64,000 nt of DNA, taken from positions 4,032,001 to 4,096,000 of the forward strand of contig OZ220744.1 in NCBI GenBank assembly GCA_965116925.1. The letters run 5' to 3'. The notes beneath the pieces were generated by a model. It ran no database searches. It was not told where the DNA came from and saw nothing but the letters and a program-made list of their open reading frames with translations. Source of the stretch: Candidatus Poribacteria bacterium (lineage in GTDB: Bacteria; Poribacteria; WGA-4E; PCPOR2b). Within the stretch, counting starts at the first letter, position 1. Every line of letters starts with the position of its first letter. The position numbers were made by a program, and so were the translations under genes. Below are positions 17,995 through 27,321 of the stretch, piece by piece.

Positions 17995-19356
17995 ATGTTC
18001 AGTACATTATTAGCGAAACGTGCATCAGAGAATAACCCCATCCGCGTGGGTATTATTGGTACTGGCAAATTCGGTGCGGGGTTAGTGGCGCAACTTTCCC
18101 AGATGGAGGGGGTTGAGACTAGTGCCATCGCCGATATCAACTTGGATCACGCAAGACACGCCTACACAGCGAGTTGCGTGCCGGCGGACGCTATAAAAAT
18201 TGCACACAATGTCGAACAATTGAACGGAGCCATCCACAGCGGCAAACGGGCGATAACCGAAGATGGGCTGCTCTTACCCCAATCCGATCTGATAGATGTG
18301 GTGGTGGAAGCCACCGGGGTTCCAGAGGTCGGTGCCCGTATGGCATATCATACGTTGACCCATAACAAACATCTAGTGATGGTCAACGTGGAAGCCGATG
18401 TGACCATAGGACCCTATCTAAGCCATCTAGCGGATACCGCTAGCGTTGTCTATACCTTGGTAGACGGCGATCAGCCCGGTGTGACCATGAACATCGTGGA
18501 CTGGGCAAAGGCACTCGGATTTGAGATTGTTGCCGCCGGTCGTGGCACAGTCTTCTACGGCGATGACAGAGAAGGAACGCCGGATACGGTGCCAGAGCGT
18601 TTCGGCTTCAGCCAAGAGATGATCGAGCGGCGGACAATCAACTTAAAAATGTTTAATTCGTTCCGAGATGGCACCAAAGCACAGGTTGAGATGACCGCGC
18701 TGGCGAATATGACCGGACTGCCGCCGGACGTGCGGGGTATGCACGAACCCTCACTCAATCTCTCTCAGATTCCGCAGACTTTCAGCCTGAAAGAAGAGGG
18801 AGGGCTGCTGAGTCGGCATGGGGTGGTTGAATTAGCCAATAGTATAGCGGATGATGGGGTTACTCCGTTGGATTCACCGCTTCGGATGGGGGTTTTTGTG
18901 GTCATCCGAACTGACCATCCCTTTATTCAGGAAGATTTGACCGGTTACCATCTCTATCCGGGTGGTAACGGCAAGAACTTTCTCCTCTACCGTCCCTATC
19001 ACCTCGTAGCGGTGGCAGCACCTATCTCTATTATCAAGGCAGCACTCTACGGGCAGCCCACCGGCGCACCCTTGACCACGCCAACCGCAGAGGTGATTAC
19101 TGTCGCAAAACGAGATCTGAAGCAGGGGGAGATCCTCGATGGTGGCGGTGGGTATACAGTCAACGGGTTGATTGAAAAAGCGGAGGTTGCCCGTTCGGAA
19201 AATCTGCTGCCGCTAGGCTTGGCACCCGGAGCTAAATTGAAGCGGGATTTGACGAAAGGCGCAGCGATTACCTACGACATGGTAACGCTCGACGAGGATT
19301 CCTTTATACTCAAGCTCCGCCGGCTACAAGATGCGACTCTCAATAGTGAAACGTGA
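17995..19356 (+). CDS. NAD(P)-dependent oxidoreductase, homoserine dehydrogenase-like, with C-terminal SAF domain
   Basis: GIIGTGKFG, MVNVEAD, GDQPG, DGTK, RPYHL, AKRDLKQGEILDG.GGY. Confidence 0.9.
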   Translation: MFSTLLAKRASENNPIRVGIIGTGKFGAGLVAQLSQMEGVETSAIADINLDHARHAYTASCVPADAIKIAHNVEQLNGAIHSGKRAITEDGLLLPQSDLIDVVVEATGVPEVGARMAYHTLTHNKHLVMVNVEADVTIGPYLSHLADTASVVYTLVDGDQPGVTMNIVDWAKALGFEIVAAGRGTVFYGDDREGTPDTVPERFGFSQEMIERRTINLKMFNSFRDGTKAQVEMTALANMTGLPPDVRGMHEPSLNLSQIPQTFSLKEEGGLLSRHGVVELANSIADDGVTPLDSPLRMGVFVVIRTDHPFIQEDLTGYHLYPGGNGKNFLLYRPYHLVAVAAPISIIKAALYGQPTGAPLTTPTAEVITVAKRDLKQGEILDGGGGYTVNGLIEKAEVARSENLLPLGLAPGAKLKRDLTKGAAITYDMVTLDEDSFILKLRRLQDATLNSET

Positions 19357-19409
19357 AACGTAAAACGTGAAGGACCTTGTCCATCAGAAGAATTAAATGA
19401 TCCTAAAAT

Positions 19410-19438
19410 TTGACATTATAGTGCTTGTGCAATATAAT
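19410..19438 (+). promoter_or_regulatory. Consensus sigma70 promoter of the iscU-iscA pair
   Basis: TTGACA-17 nt-TATAAT. Confidence 0.85.
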
Positions 19439-19481
19439 ATAGATTAGTATTTTCGACTCAACATGAAGTTTGGAGCCGGAT

Positions 19482-19868
19482 ATGCACACCCCACAAGTTA
19501 TGGAGCATTACGAAAATCCGCGGAACGTTGGTACAATCAGAGACGCGGACGGAGTGGGGGTTGTAGGCACACCTGCCAGCGGCGAAATGATGAAACTCAC
19601 GATTAAGGTTTCTCAAGAGCGGGTTGTCGAAGCGAAGTTTAAGGCGTTTGGGTGTCCAACTGCAATTGCAGCCAGTTCCCTTATCACGGAACTAATCAAG
19701 GAACGCACAATTCAAGAAGCATTGAACATAACGGATCGGGAAGTTGATGAAGGACTTGGAGGATTACCGCCGGATAAAGCGCGCTATGCTGCACTTGCTG
19801 AGAAGGTTCTAAAAGCTGCTATCCATAATTACAATTCGCATCTGAATGAAAAAGGGGAATTAAAATGA
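19482..19868 (+). CDS. iscU: IscU/NifU-like Fe-S scaffold homolog with degenerate ligands
   Basis: HYENPRNVG, AKFKAFGC, LGGLPP.K. Confidence 0.85.
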   Translation: MHTPQVMEHYENPRNVGTIRDADGVGVVGTPASGEMMKLTIKVSQERVVEAKFKAFGCPTAIAASSLITELIKERTIQEALNITDREVDEGLGGLPPDKARYAALAEKVLKAAIHNYNSHLNEKGELK

Positions 19869-20206
19869 TTACAGTCACTGAAGCTGCGGCAAAAAAAGCA
19901 CAACTGTTAATGCAGGGCACAATGGGGGAAGAGAGTGTAGATGCTGACGCGGAGCACGGTCTGCGGATGCAGGTTGTTGGTGGAGGGTGCTCCGGTTTTC
20001 AGTACAATCTTGGGTTTGATGAACTACGGAGTGGTGATAAGGTCTTTGAACAGCATGGGTTGAAGGTCTTCATCGATTCACGTAGCACACTCTATCTCGC
20101 CGGTTCAACCTTGGACTACAAAGACGGCCTGATGGAGTCAGGCTTCAAAATTACCAACCCCAATGCGAGGTCTGAATGCGGTTGCGGGGAGTCGTTCAGC
20201 GTATAA
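19865..20206 (+). CDS. A-type Fe-S carrier (IscA/ErpA/HesB family)
   Basis: GGGCSGFQY and NPNA...CGCGESF. Confidence 0.95.
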   Translation: MITVTEAAAKKAQLLMQGTMGEESVDADAEHGLRMQVVGGGCSGFQYNLGFDELRSGDKVFEQHGLKVFIDSRSTLYLAGSTLDYKDGLMESGFKITNPNARSECGCGESFSV

Positions 20207-20230
20207 ACAGGATTCGTGTTTCGTGGGTAT

Positions 20231-20267
20231 AGGCAGGAGATTCAGATTGAGTTTTCTGCCTTTTTTG
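20231..20267 (+). terminator. Probable intrinsic terminator
   Basis: AGGCAGGAGA...TTTTCTGCCT followed by a T tract after the iscA-like gene. Confidence 0.6.
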
Positions 20268-20277
20268 TGCTCATTTT

Positions 20278-20643
20278 TTATACAATCCGTTTAACCTCCT
20301 GAACAGTTATATAGATTTCGATCTGCTCAAAACGTTGCTCTAAGGTTTTTTTGAATCTGCTCAAAAATTCAAAATTGGTGTCTGTTTGTGGGGCTTCAAC
20401 AATGAGAGACTTTACTGCGTCTCTATAAAGCGTTTCCTCATCAACCCAATATCCATTGAAAGCTGGAATACCCTCACCTGATGTGATGCGGCATCCCCTA
20501 AATTCATTAACAATTTCTTGTACAGTTTGATCAATCTTTTCGGGTTCTATTAGGATCCCATCATTGTAAAATAGAGGTAGGAGAATCTCAATCTGATGCT
20601 TTGGCGTATAATGCTTTCGCCGTTTTCTTCGAGTGAAAGCCAT
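20278..20643 (-). CDS. Small hypothetical protein, possible PII/ferredoxin-like fold
   Basis: EILLPLFYNDG...GYWVD...KKTLEQRFEQIEIYI; GGAAAGGA RBS. Confidence 0.75.
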   Translation of the reverse strand: MAFTRRKRRKHYTPKHQIEILLPLFYNDGILIEPEKIDQTVQEIVNEFRGCRITSGEGIPAFNGYWVDEETLYRDAVKSLIVEAPQTDTNFEFLSRFKKTLEQRFEQIEIYITVQEVKRIV

Positions 20644-20812
20644 GTTCCTTTCCTTTGACCAAACTGTAGGGAATTTTTACCCCATCCAAGCAATTAAGCG
20701 AACTTTTAGGAACGATAAACACGTTATCAGGTAGACAATACACTTCGCCTTGTAAAATCAGAGCATGTAGCCCCTCGGCTCGATATTTTTCCTCAAACTT
20801 GATTACAGGCAT
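20588..20812 (-). CDS. Small hypothetical protein, upstream partner of 20278-20643
   Basis: GGGAGAG RBS; 74 aa; overlaps the next gene. Confidence 0.6.
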   Translation of the reverse strand: MPVIKFEEKYRAEGLHALILQGEVYCLPDNVFIVPKSSLNCLDGVKIPYSLVKGKEHGFHSKKTAKALYAKASD

Positions 20813-20843
20813 TTAACTCTCTCCCTTCTTTGTTTAGGTTTTT

Positions 20844-23216
20844 TTAATGCTTCAATTTCATAAGCGCATCAAGCTGCTGCCGGGCGTAGGCGACAATCAC
20901 ACTCTCAGGATAATCTTGAATGAGTGCAGAGTATGTTTCTTGTGCTTTGTCAGGCGCATCAAGTTTCCAACGGTAGATGTCCGCGATTTTCGCTGTTGCC
21001 TCCGCTGCGATTGGACTCCCCTCCAAAACGGTGACCTGCTGATATGCTGCGATAGCATCGGTGTATCGCGCTTCACGCTCATGAATTCCACCGATGAGCA
21101 TCCAGAGATCATCGATTATGAGTGCAGTTGGATATTCCTTCATCGTTTCGTGGCATAGTTGTAATGCTGCATCAGTGTCTCCACTCAAATCGCTTTGCAT
21201 CGCTTCGAGGTAACGTTTGAGGGGTTCGTTGCTATAGTCTGAGTTGGACTGGATCAGGACAATTCTGTCTAGTGAATCGTTGCTCAACGGATTGGACATC
21301 GCAATATCAAGCACACGCTTGTATGCTGCAACCGCCGATTCGATAGCCCCCCGGAGCAGGTGTGCGTCACCGATTAGTTTTTGGGCATCCAGCTTGAAAT
21401 TGCTATTCCCATCAGCAATCGGACGAAGCGCGATCTCTGCTGTTTTGGACTTCCCTTGCAAAATGTAACACGTTGCTATACCGAGTTGAATCTGTATTTT
21501 CTGGTCGGTCGTCAGTGGTTGATTGGCTAACGCTTGGTAAACTTGCAGTGCAGCCTCCGGATCTCGTATTCCGTGTAACCAAACGTGTCCCAAGAGCAGT
21601 TGTGCAGCTGGCTGGTTGTTCCGCCGCGTCATACTTGTTAAAACTGTCAAAGCATCATCCCACCGTCCCCACCGCTCATAGAATCGCACCAACTTCATCT
21701 GTGCCACCCAAGCCAGATGCGTATTCGGAAAGAGTTCAGCAATTGTCTGATAAAAATCTGCCGCTTTAGGGTTTTTGTTCCGCTCCAGAATTTGTGCATA
21801 CTTTTCAAGGAGGCGCCCACGGTCAGCGGTGTAAAATTGATGCAGCCGCTTAAAATTTCTGAGTGCCAAATCTAAATCTCCACGATAGAAGTAGGCCTCT
21901 GCCAAAGACAGAACGAGACTCGGATTTTGTGACGCCGTTCCCAGCATCACTTGGAGTCGATCAATTATCTCCCCAAATAGACGTTCCTGTTGAGCACCTT
22001 CGTAGATCTCCGTCATGCTTTGGATAAGTGTATCGCGCCCACTGTAGCCAATATCCACAACACTTAACGCACGTAGATAGGTATTGACCGCCATATCAAC
22101 CTGCCCTTGAATTTTGTAGACATCCGCGAGCCGGTTGTAGAGTTGAGCACTTTTGGGACTGAGGTTGAGAGCTGTTTCATAGGCTTCGACAGCCTTTTGA
22201 TACATCTGGTGAGATGTGTATATTGACCCTAGCTGCTGGTATCGATAGGCTTGATCCGGATCATCTTGGACAATTTTAGCCCACTGCTCTGCTGCAAGAT
22301 CTTGCTGCCCTCGCTCCGCGTATAGCTCTCCAAGTTTCTTGAGAATATCGGTATTTTTCGGATTTTGCTTAAGAGCAGTACGGTATAGGGATAACGCCTC
22401 GTCGTATTTCTCTTGCGCTTTATAGAGATCCGCCAACTGATCCATCAGATTGATATCGTCCGGCTTGTGGCTCAGTTCAACCTGTATTAATTCCTCTGCG
22501 TCAGTGTACCTGTGACGAATTCGATACAGTCGAATAAGGCTATTGAGCGCACTGTTACGGTACGGAGAGGTCGGGAAATCATTTAGGAAACTTCGGTAAC
22601 TTTCAATAGCCTCGTCATATCCGCCGTCTGCAAAAGTATATTGGGCAATCAAATAACGCGCGATCGCTGCGGTTTGCGTTTTCGGATATTTGTTGGCGAG
22701 TTGTCGACATCGGGTAATCGCCTCTTTGTACTGATACCGATCGCGAAAAAGTGCCCCAATTCGATGCACCGCTTGGCTTGCATATGAACCGTCTGGATCA
22801 TCATCGATCACCGCGTGGAAACTTTGAAGTGCCATGGCATCATCGCCAAGTTTCTCGTAGGAACGCCCTAAATTCATACGGATTGCATCCTTTGAGGGTT
22901 GGTGTAGGGGTGTCTTTAGTAGCACTTTATACGCTTCAATCGCCTCTGAATATTTCTGGGAATAGTAGAAATCGTGGGCGTTCTGAATCGCGATTCGGTC
23001 CTCTTTAATGGGTGGAGCTTGAGCCAAAGTTGTCAGAGGCATGAAGAGCCAAGTGGTTGTCAGAAAAAGTAGGCATAGAAGTATCCTCAACCGTATGCTA
23101 ACTCTTATGGATTGCGGCAGACTTTGTAGGGGTAACTTCAGTTGCTGGCGGTCTAAAAATAAAGTGGCTATCATTATATTTCGCTGATTGCTGCTGTGAT
23201 GCTGCTTTACTGTCAT
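20844..23216 (-). CDS. Secreted multi-TPR protein
   Basis: Many TPR motifs; likely start ATG 23216 with GAGGA RBS (the ORF-track extension overlaps the amidohydrolase). Confidence 0.85.
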   Translation of the reverse strand: MTVKQHHSSNQRNIMIATLFLDRQQLKLPLQSLPQSIRVSIRLRILLCLLFLTTTWLFMPLTTLAQAPPIKEDRIAIQNAHDFYYSQKYSEAIEAYKVLLKTPLHQPSKDAIRMNLGRSYEKLGDDAMALQSFHAVIDDDPDGSYASQAVHRIGALFRDRYQYKEAITRCRQLANKYPKTQTAAIARYLIAQYTFADGGYDEAIESYRSFLNDFPTSPYRNSALNSLIRLYRIRHRYTDAEELIQVELSHKPDDINLMDQLADLYKAQEKYDEALSLYRTALKQNPKNTDILKKLGELYAERGQQDLAAEQWAKIVQDDPDQAYRYQQLGSIYTSHQMYQKAVEAYETALNLSPKSAQLYNRLADVYKIQGQVDMAVNTYLRALSVVDIGYSGRDTLIQSMTEIYEGAQQERLFGEIIDRLQVMLGTASQNPSLVLSLAEAYFYRGDLDLALRNFKRLHQFYTADRGRLLEKYAQILERNKNPKAADFYQTIAELFPNTHLAWVAQMKLVRFYERWGRWDDALTVLTSMTRRNNQPAAQLLLGHVWLHGIRDPEAALQVYQALANQPLTTDQKIQIQLGIATCYILQGKSKTAEIALRPIADGNSNFKLDAQKLIGDAHLLRGAIESAVAAYKRVLDIAMSNPLSNDSLDRIVLIQSNSDYSNEPLKRYLEAMQSDLSGDTDAALQLCHETMKEYPTALIIDDLWMLIGGIHEREARYTDAIAAYQQVTVLEGSPIAAEATAKIADIYRWKLDAPDKAQETYSALIQDYPESVIVAYARQQLDALMKLKH

Positions 23217-23286
23217 ACTTCTCTGTCCTCTTGACACTATAGACGAATAGAGTAGAACAGGGTTGATTTTTTTAGGTTCAACCTCA

Positions 23287-24135
23287 TTAATCCAACCCAA
23301 GCAGGGAGAGGGAATCACGATGGATGAGATCCTCAATGTCCTGCTCTGGGACCTGTGGCATATTGGTGCCTTCGGCAAATCGGTTGGCAGTGCGGAGTGC
23401 GTCAATAGTTTCCTCAATGGTGGCGATTGGGAAATCGCTGCCGAAGAGCAGCTTGTGTATAACACGGTTCTCATGACAGAATGCCAGTGCCTGATACCCC
23501 CACCACGGTCGCAGGGGGACGCCGCCAGAAACATCGGCAAACACATTTGGATGCTTACGGATCATCACCATTGCATCCGTGTACCAAGGGAGCCCGATGT
23601 GAGCGAGGATAATTTTTAGGTTCGGGAATTCACGAGCCACAGGATCATAGAGCAGCGGATTTGCCCACTCCATCGGTGTATTGGCGATGACATGGTACGC
23701 CGCATGTGTGAGAATGGGGAGTCCCAATTCTTCCGCGCGGCGATGCACCCGTCGCGCTCTATCGCCGTTTGGATCATAGTGTTGGTACACCGGACTCATT
23801 TTGATGCCCTTGAGTCCCAGATCGTTGACGCATCGATCGATTTCGTCCAAGGCATCCGGATTATTTGGGTCAACCGACATGAAACCGATGATTTTTTCTG
23901 GGTGTGTCTTAGCGTACGCGGCGATGGCGTCATTCGGTGTGTGCATACCGAGCGCAATGGAATTAATGCCGAAGACAATTGCACGCGAAACTGGTGCTAC
24001 CGCCTCCCAATGTATTTCGGGTGTCACTTCTAAGTCAATCCCGGTGTAACCGGTGTATCCCCGGTCAAACGCCTCAACAAAGACTTTGCCCCACTGCTCG
24101 CGGGTGGAAAGGTGTGTATGTACGTCAATAATCAT
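23287..24135 (-). CDS. Amidohydrolase_2 family protein
   Basis: IIDVHTH, LKGIKM, ILAHIG, LLFGSDFP. Confidence 0.9.
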   Translation of the reverse strand: MIIDVHTHLSTREQWGKVFVEAFDRGYTGYTGIDLEVTPEIHWEAVAPVSRAIVFGINSIALGMHTPNDAIAAYAKTHPEKIIGFMSVDPNNPDALDEIDRCVNDLGLKGIKMSPVYQHYDPNGDRARRVHRRAEELGLPILTHAAYHVIANTPMEWANPLLYDPVAREFPNLKIILAHIGLPWYTDAMVMIRKHPNVFADVSGGVPLRPWWGYQALAFCHENRVIHKLLFGSDFPIATIEETIDALRTANRFAEGTNMPQVPEQDIEDLIHRDSLSLLGLD

Positions 24136-24280
24136 GATAAACCTCCGACTCGGACAACCCCTGCCCCGGATAGATCTATAATCTAACAGTTGTGTTACGA
24201 GAGTTTAGCAAATTGATACCTCACTCGTCAATATAGAAATACCTAAATGGCCTGAGTAGTCGGTAGCTAACACTTTTCCA

Positions 24281-24308
24281 TTGACACGTAGGAAGGAATA
24301 GATATAAT
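24281..24308 (+). promoter_or_regulatory. sigma70 promoter
   Basis: TTGACA-16 nt-TATAAT upstream of the transporter operon. Confidence 0.75.
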
Positions 24309-24385
24309 AGCGTAGGCGGAGTCGAGCGGATCCTGGGGTCTTGGCTCTCGTTGGATTTCGTACTGTTCACGGGATTGAGGAAAGC

Positions 24386-26305
24386 ATGGAGCACCCGACA
24401 AAAAATGATAGCAAAGGCGATGTTACCTTACGAGCGGTACTTATCGGTTTAGCGCTTGTACCAATCAACGTCTATATCGTCGTACAGTGGGAAACAGTCT
24501 GGAATACACAGTACCCAACCACAATGACGATTTTTTACAACGTTGTTTTTACTTTCCTATCCTTGATTCTAGTGAATATGTTGTTAAAGCGGTGGCTGCC
24601 GCGGATTGCATTGAGTCAGCAGGAGCTGCTGACAGTTTACACGATGCTCTTCTTGGCGGTTTGTGTCAGTGGTCACGATTTTAGCCAATCTATATTTTGT
24701 ACGCTGGGCACTGCCCGCTGGTCTGCGACACCGGAGAACGATTGGGCGAACCTCTTTTGGAAGTATCTATCGCAACGCCTGACTGTAAATGACGATCAGG
24801 TGCTTTTCGGGTTTTACAAGGGAGAATCGACATTTTACACCGCGGCTCACATTAAAGGATGGCTTGAACCGATGGTGTGGTGGACGCTTTTTCTTTCGGT
24901 GGTTGCGTTCACCATGTTCTGTCTGAACATTATCATCAGGAGGCAGTGGATTGAGAAGGAGAAATTAACCTATCCACTCGTTCATTTACCTTATGAGATG
25001 AGTCGTGAGGGCAACGGACATCACCCATTTTTTAGAAACAAACTCCTCTGGTTGGGCTTTGGGCTAGCTGCTGGCATCAACCTGATTAATGGGACAACCT
25101 TCCTGTTTCCCGTGCTTCCGCAGATTCCACTCGGATACAATCTCAACGTCTACTTTACAGAACGCCCGTTTAACGCGATGGGCAACTTCCCTGTCCAGTT
25201 TAATCCTTTCGCTATTGGTCTCGCTTTCGCGATCCCGCTCGATCTCCTCTTTTCGTGTTGGTTCTTTTTTCTGCTATGGAAGGCAGAACGAGTCGTAGGC
25301 AGTATGGCAGGGGTTAACATGCCCGGCTATCCATTTGTTGCACAGCAGGTCTTTGGTGGATATCTGGGACTCGCTATTGTCGCCTTCTGGCTGGGACGGA
25401 AGCCGATTTGGCAGGTTATAAAGCGGGCTATCGGGGCAGAGTCAGATGTGGACGATTCCGATGAGCCGATGAAGTATAGAACGGCAGTAATCGGGATCAT
25501 TTTGGGATTCAGTTTTCTGGTGTTCTTTTCATATCAAGCGGGAACGACCCTTCAGTTTGGATTGGCGTTCTTCAGCGTTTACTTCATCATTGCGTTTGCA
25601 CACACGCGGACGCGAGCGGAGCTGGGTCCCCCAATACACGGAATTTTCCACTACGGTCCGCTTCAATTCTTCATAGCGATGGTAGGTAGCCGCAAACTCG
25701 AAAGTCAGACCTTGACAGCAGCAGCCCCATTCTGGACGTTCACGAAACAGTTCAGAAACCATCCAATGCCGTATATGCTTGAAAGCTTCAAACTGGCAGA
25801 CAGGTCCGGCATGGATACCCGCAAACTTGGCAAAGTCATTATGTTTTCCGTCGTTGTGGGTATCATCATAACCTTCTGGACATTTCTGCAATTCAGTTAC
25901 AAATGGGGTGGCATCAGTGAAGGGCGCGGTATTGGTGCCTATACGGTAATTGAGCGGTGGCTTGTACGCCCAATAGAACCGGATACACAGTCGCTGAGTG
26001 CTGTTGGCATTGGTGCGTTGGTTGTGTTCGTCAACACAGTCCTGCGGTTGCGGTTCTTATGGTGGCCCCTGCATCCGCTAGCTTATCCGATAACGGGGTA
26101 CTTGCCTTTTGAACATTTGTGGTTCCCGTTTCTTATCAGTTGGGTGGTAAAGGGAGCGATTCTCAGGCATGGGGGCATACAGACCTATCGTCGGACGTTC
26201 CCATTTTTCTTAGGTTTGGTCTTGGGAGCGTTCACGATAGGCAGCATCTGGGGAATTGTTGGATTGGTGACTGGTATACCTACTTACGCATTTAAGCGAT
26301 GGTGA
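24386..26305 (+). CDS. Multi-TM putative transporter (DUF6785/DUF6784-like, OPT-related)
   Basis: VTLRAVLIG, QWIEKEKLTYPL, RAELG, WWPLHPLAY, PFFLGLVLG; many TM segments. Confidence 0.8.
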   Translation: MEHPTKNDSKGDVTLRAVLIGLALVPINVYIVVQWETVWNTQYPTTMTIFYNVVFTFLSLILVNMLLKRWLPRIALSQQELLTVYTMLFLAVCVSGHDFSQSIFCTLGTARWSATPENDWANLFWKYLSQRLTVNDDQVLFGFYKGESTFYTAAHIKGWLEPMVWWTLFLSVVAFTMFCLNIIIRRQWIEKEKLTYPLVHLPYEMSREGNGHHPFFRNKLLWLGFGLAAGINLINGTTFLFPVLPQIPLGYNLNVYFTERPFNAMGNFPVQFNPFAIGLAFAIPLDLLFSCWFFFLLWKAERVVGSMAGVNMPGYPFVAQQVFGGYLGLAIVAFWLGRKPIWQVIKRAIGAESDVDDSDEPMKYRTAVIGIILGFSFLVFFSYQAGTTLQFGLAFFSVYFIIAFAHTRTRAELGPPIHGIFHYGPLQFFIAMVGSRKLESQTLTAAAPFWTFTKQFRNHPMPYMLESFKLADRSGMDTRKLGKVIMFSVVVGIIITFWTFLQFSYKWGGISEGRGIGAYTVIERWLVRPIEPDTQSLSAVGIGALVVFVNTVLRLRFLWWPLHPLAYPITGYLPFEHLWFPFLISWVVKGAILRHGGIQTYRRTFPFFLGLVLGAFTIGSIWGIVGLVTGIPTYAFKRW

Positions 26306-26322
26306 AAATGAGGAGCTATCAG

Positions 26323-27297
26323 ATGGGTAAGACTAATCGGCAGCAATATCATCTCAAATTTGGGATTTGGCTTGACGAAATGAAGCTGCCATTTGACGAG
26401 GCACTTGCTGTTGCGAAACGGATAGGTGCAGAGTATGTCTGGTTCGCAGAATTGCCTGGTGAAACAGCTATCGCTGAAATGAGCGACGCGGAGGTCGATA
26501 GAATGGGAGAACGCGTCGCCCGGCATGGACTGAAACTTTTTCAGATCTGCGCGGAACATCCCTTTCATTACATTCGTCTCATGGATCTGCAGCCCGACTC
26601 GATACAGGACCACCCGGCGTTTCGTAAGGACTTCAATGCTTTGATTCGGGCGATGCAAATCGCCGCACGATTGGACGTGGGTGCGGTACTCGCCTACGGT
26701 TTATCTTGGCCCGGTGAATGGTCACAACAGGGACGAACTTGGGGAAGGGCACCGACTTGGCCCATGCGATGGGCAACGCGGGGCGGTATCATTGCTGATG
26801 ACGATATGGATAAGCTAATCAACATTTTTTCTCTGGTCTTGGAACAGGCGGAACAGTACAATGTTGATGTTGTCCTTGGTATGCGCCCGTTCCACCACAT
26901 CTCTACAACGACCCATTTTCGCCTTTTGGCTGAACGGCTCCGCTCTCCAAGGCTCAAGTTTCAGTTGTCACCTGGCGATAGCCTGCTCTCCGCGGAATGT
27001 GATGTAGCGACAGCAGGCTTCACTCACGTCCGTCCCTATCTCCATGGACTGCACATAAAGGACGTGCATGTGATTGATGGTCCCAAGGGTAGGTATGAGT
27101 GGCGTCCTTTTGGTGAAGGTGATGTTGATTATCCTACGCTGATGGGTAATCTGCTTGAACACCGTTGTGAGGTATTCCTTGCAGTCGCCACCCACTTCCG
27201 CCCACCCAGCGGATCTGATGTAGAGGCGATGGAAATCAATTTCGCCAATGTTACGTCGCTTATCAGTCTGTTAGCAGATCAGCAGCAGAAGGATTGA
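26323..27297 (+). CDS. Sugar phosphate isomerase/epimerase TIM-barrel family protein
   Basis: LHIKDV and PFGEGDVDY motifs; AGGAG RBS. Confidence 0.8.
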   Translation: MGKTNRQQYHLKFGIWLDEMKLPFDEALAVAKRIGAEYVWFAELPGETAIAEMSDAEVDRMGERVARHGLKLFQICAEHPFHYIRLMDLQPDSIQDHPAFRKDFNALIRAMQIAARLDVGAVLAYGLSWPGEWSQQGRTWGRAPTWPMRWATRGGIIADDDMDKLINIFSLVLEQAEQYNVDVVLGMRPFHHISTTTHFRLLAERLRSPRLKFQLSPGDSLLSAECDVATAGFTHVRPYLHGLHIKDVHVIDGPKGRYEWRPFGEGDVDYPTLMGNLLEHRCEVFLAVATHFRPPSGSDVEAMEINFANVTSLISLLADQQQKD

Positions 27298-27321
27298 TAA
27301 CTGGAATTAGGAGAAAGAAAA

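Noticed and set aside
23217..23546. N-terminal extension of the TPR ORF in the ORF track
   Set aside because: Overlaps the amidohydrolase on the same strand; an RBS-supported ATG lies at 23216
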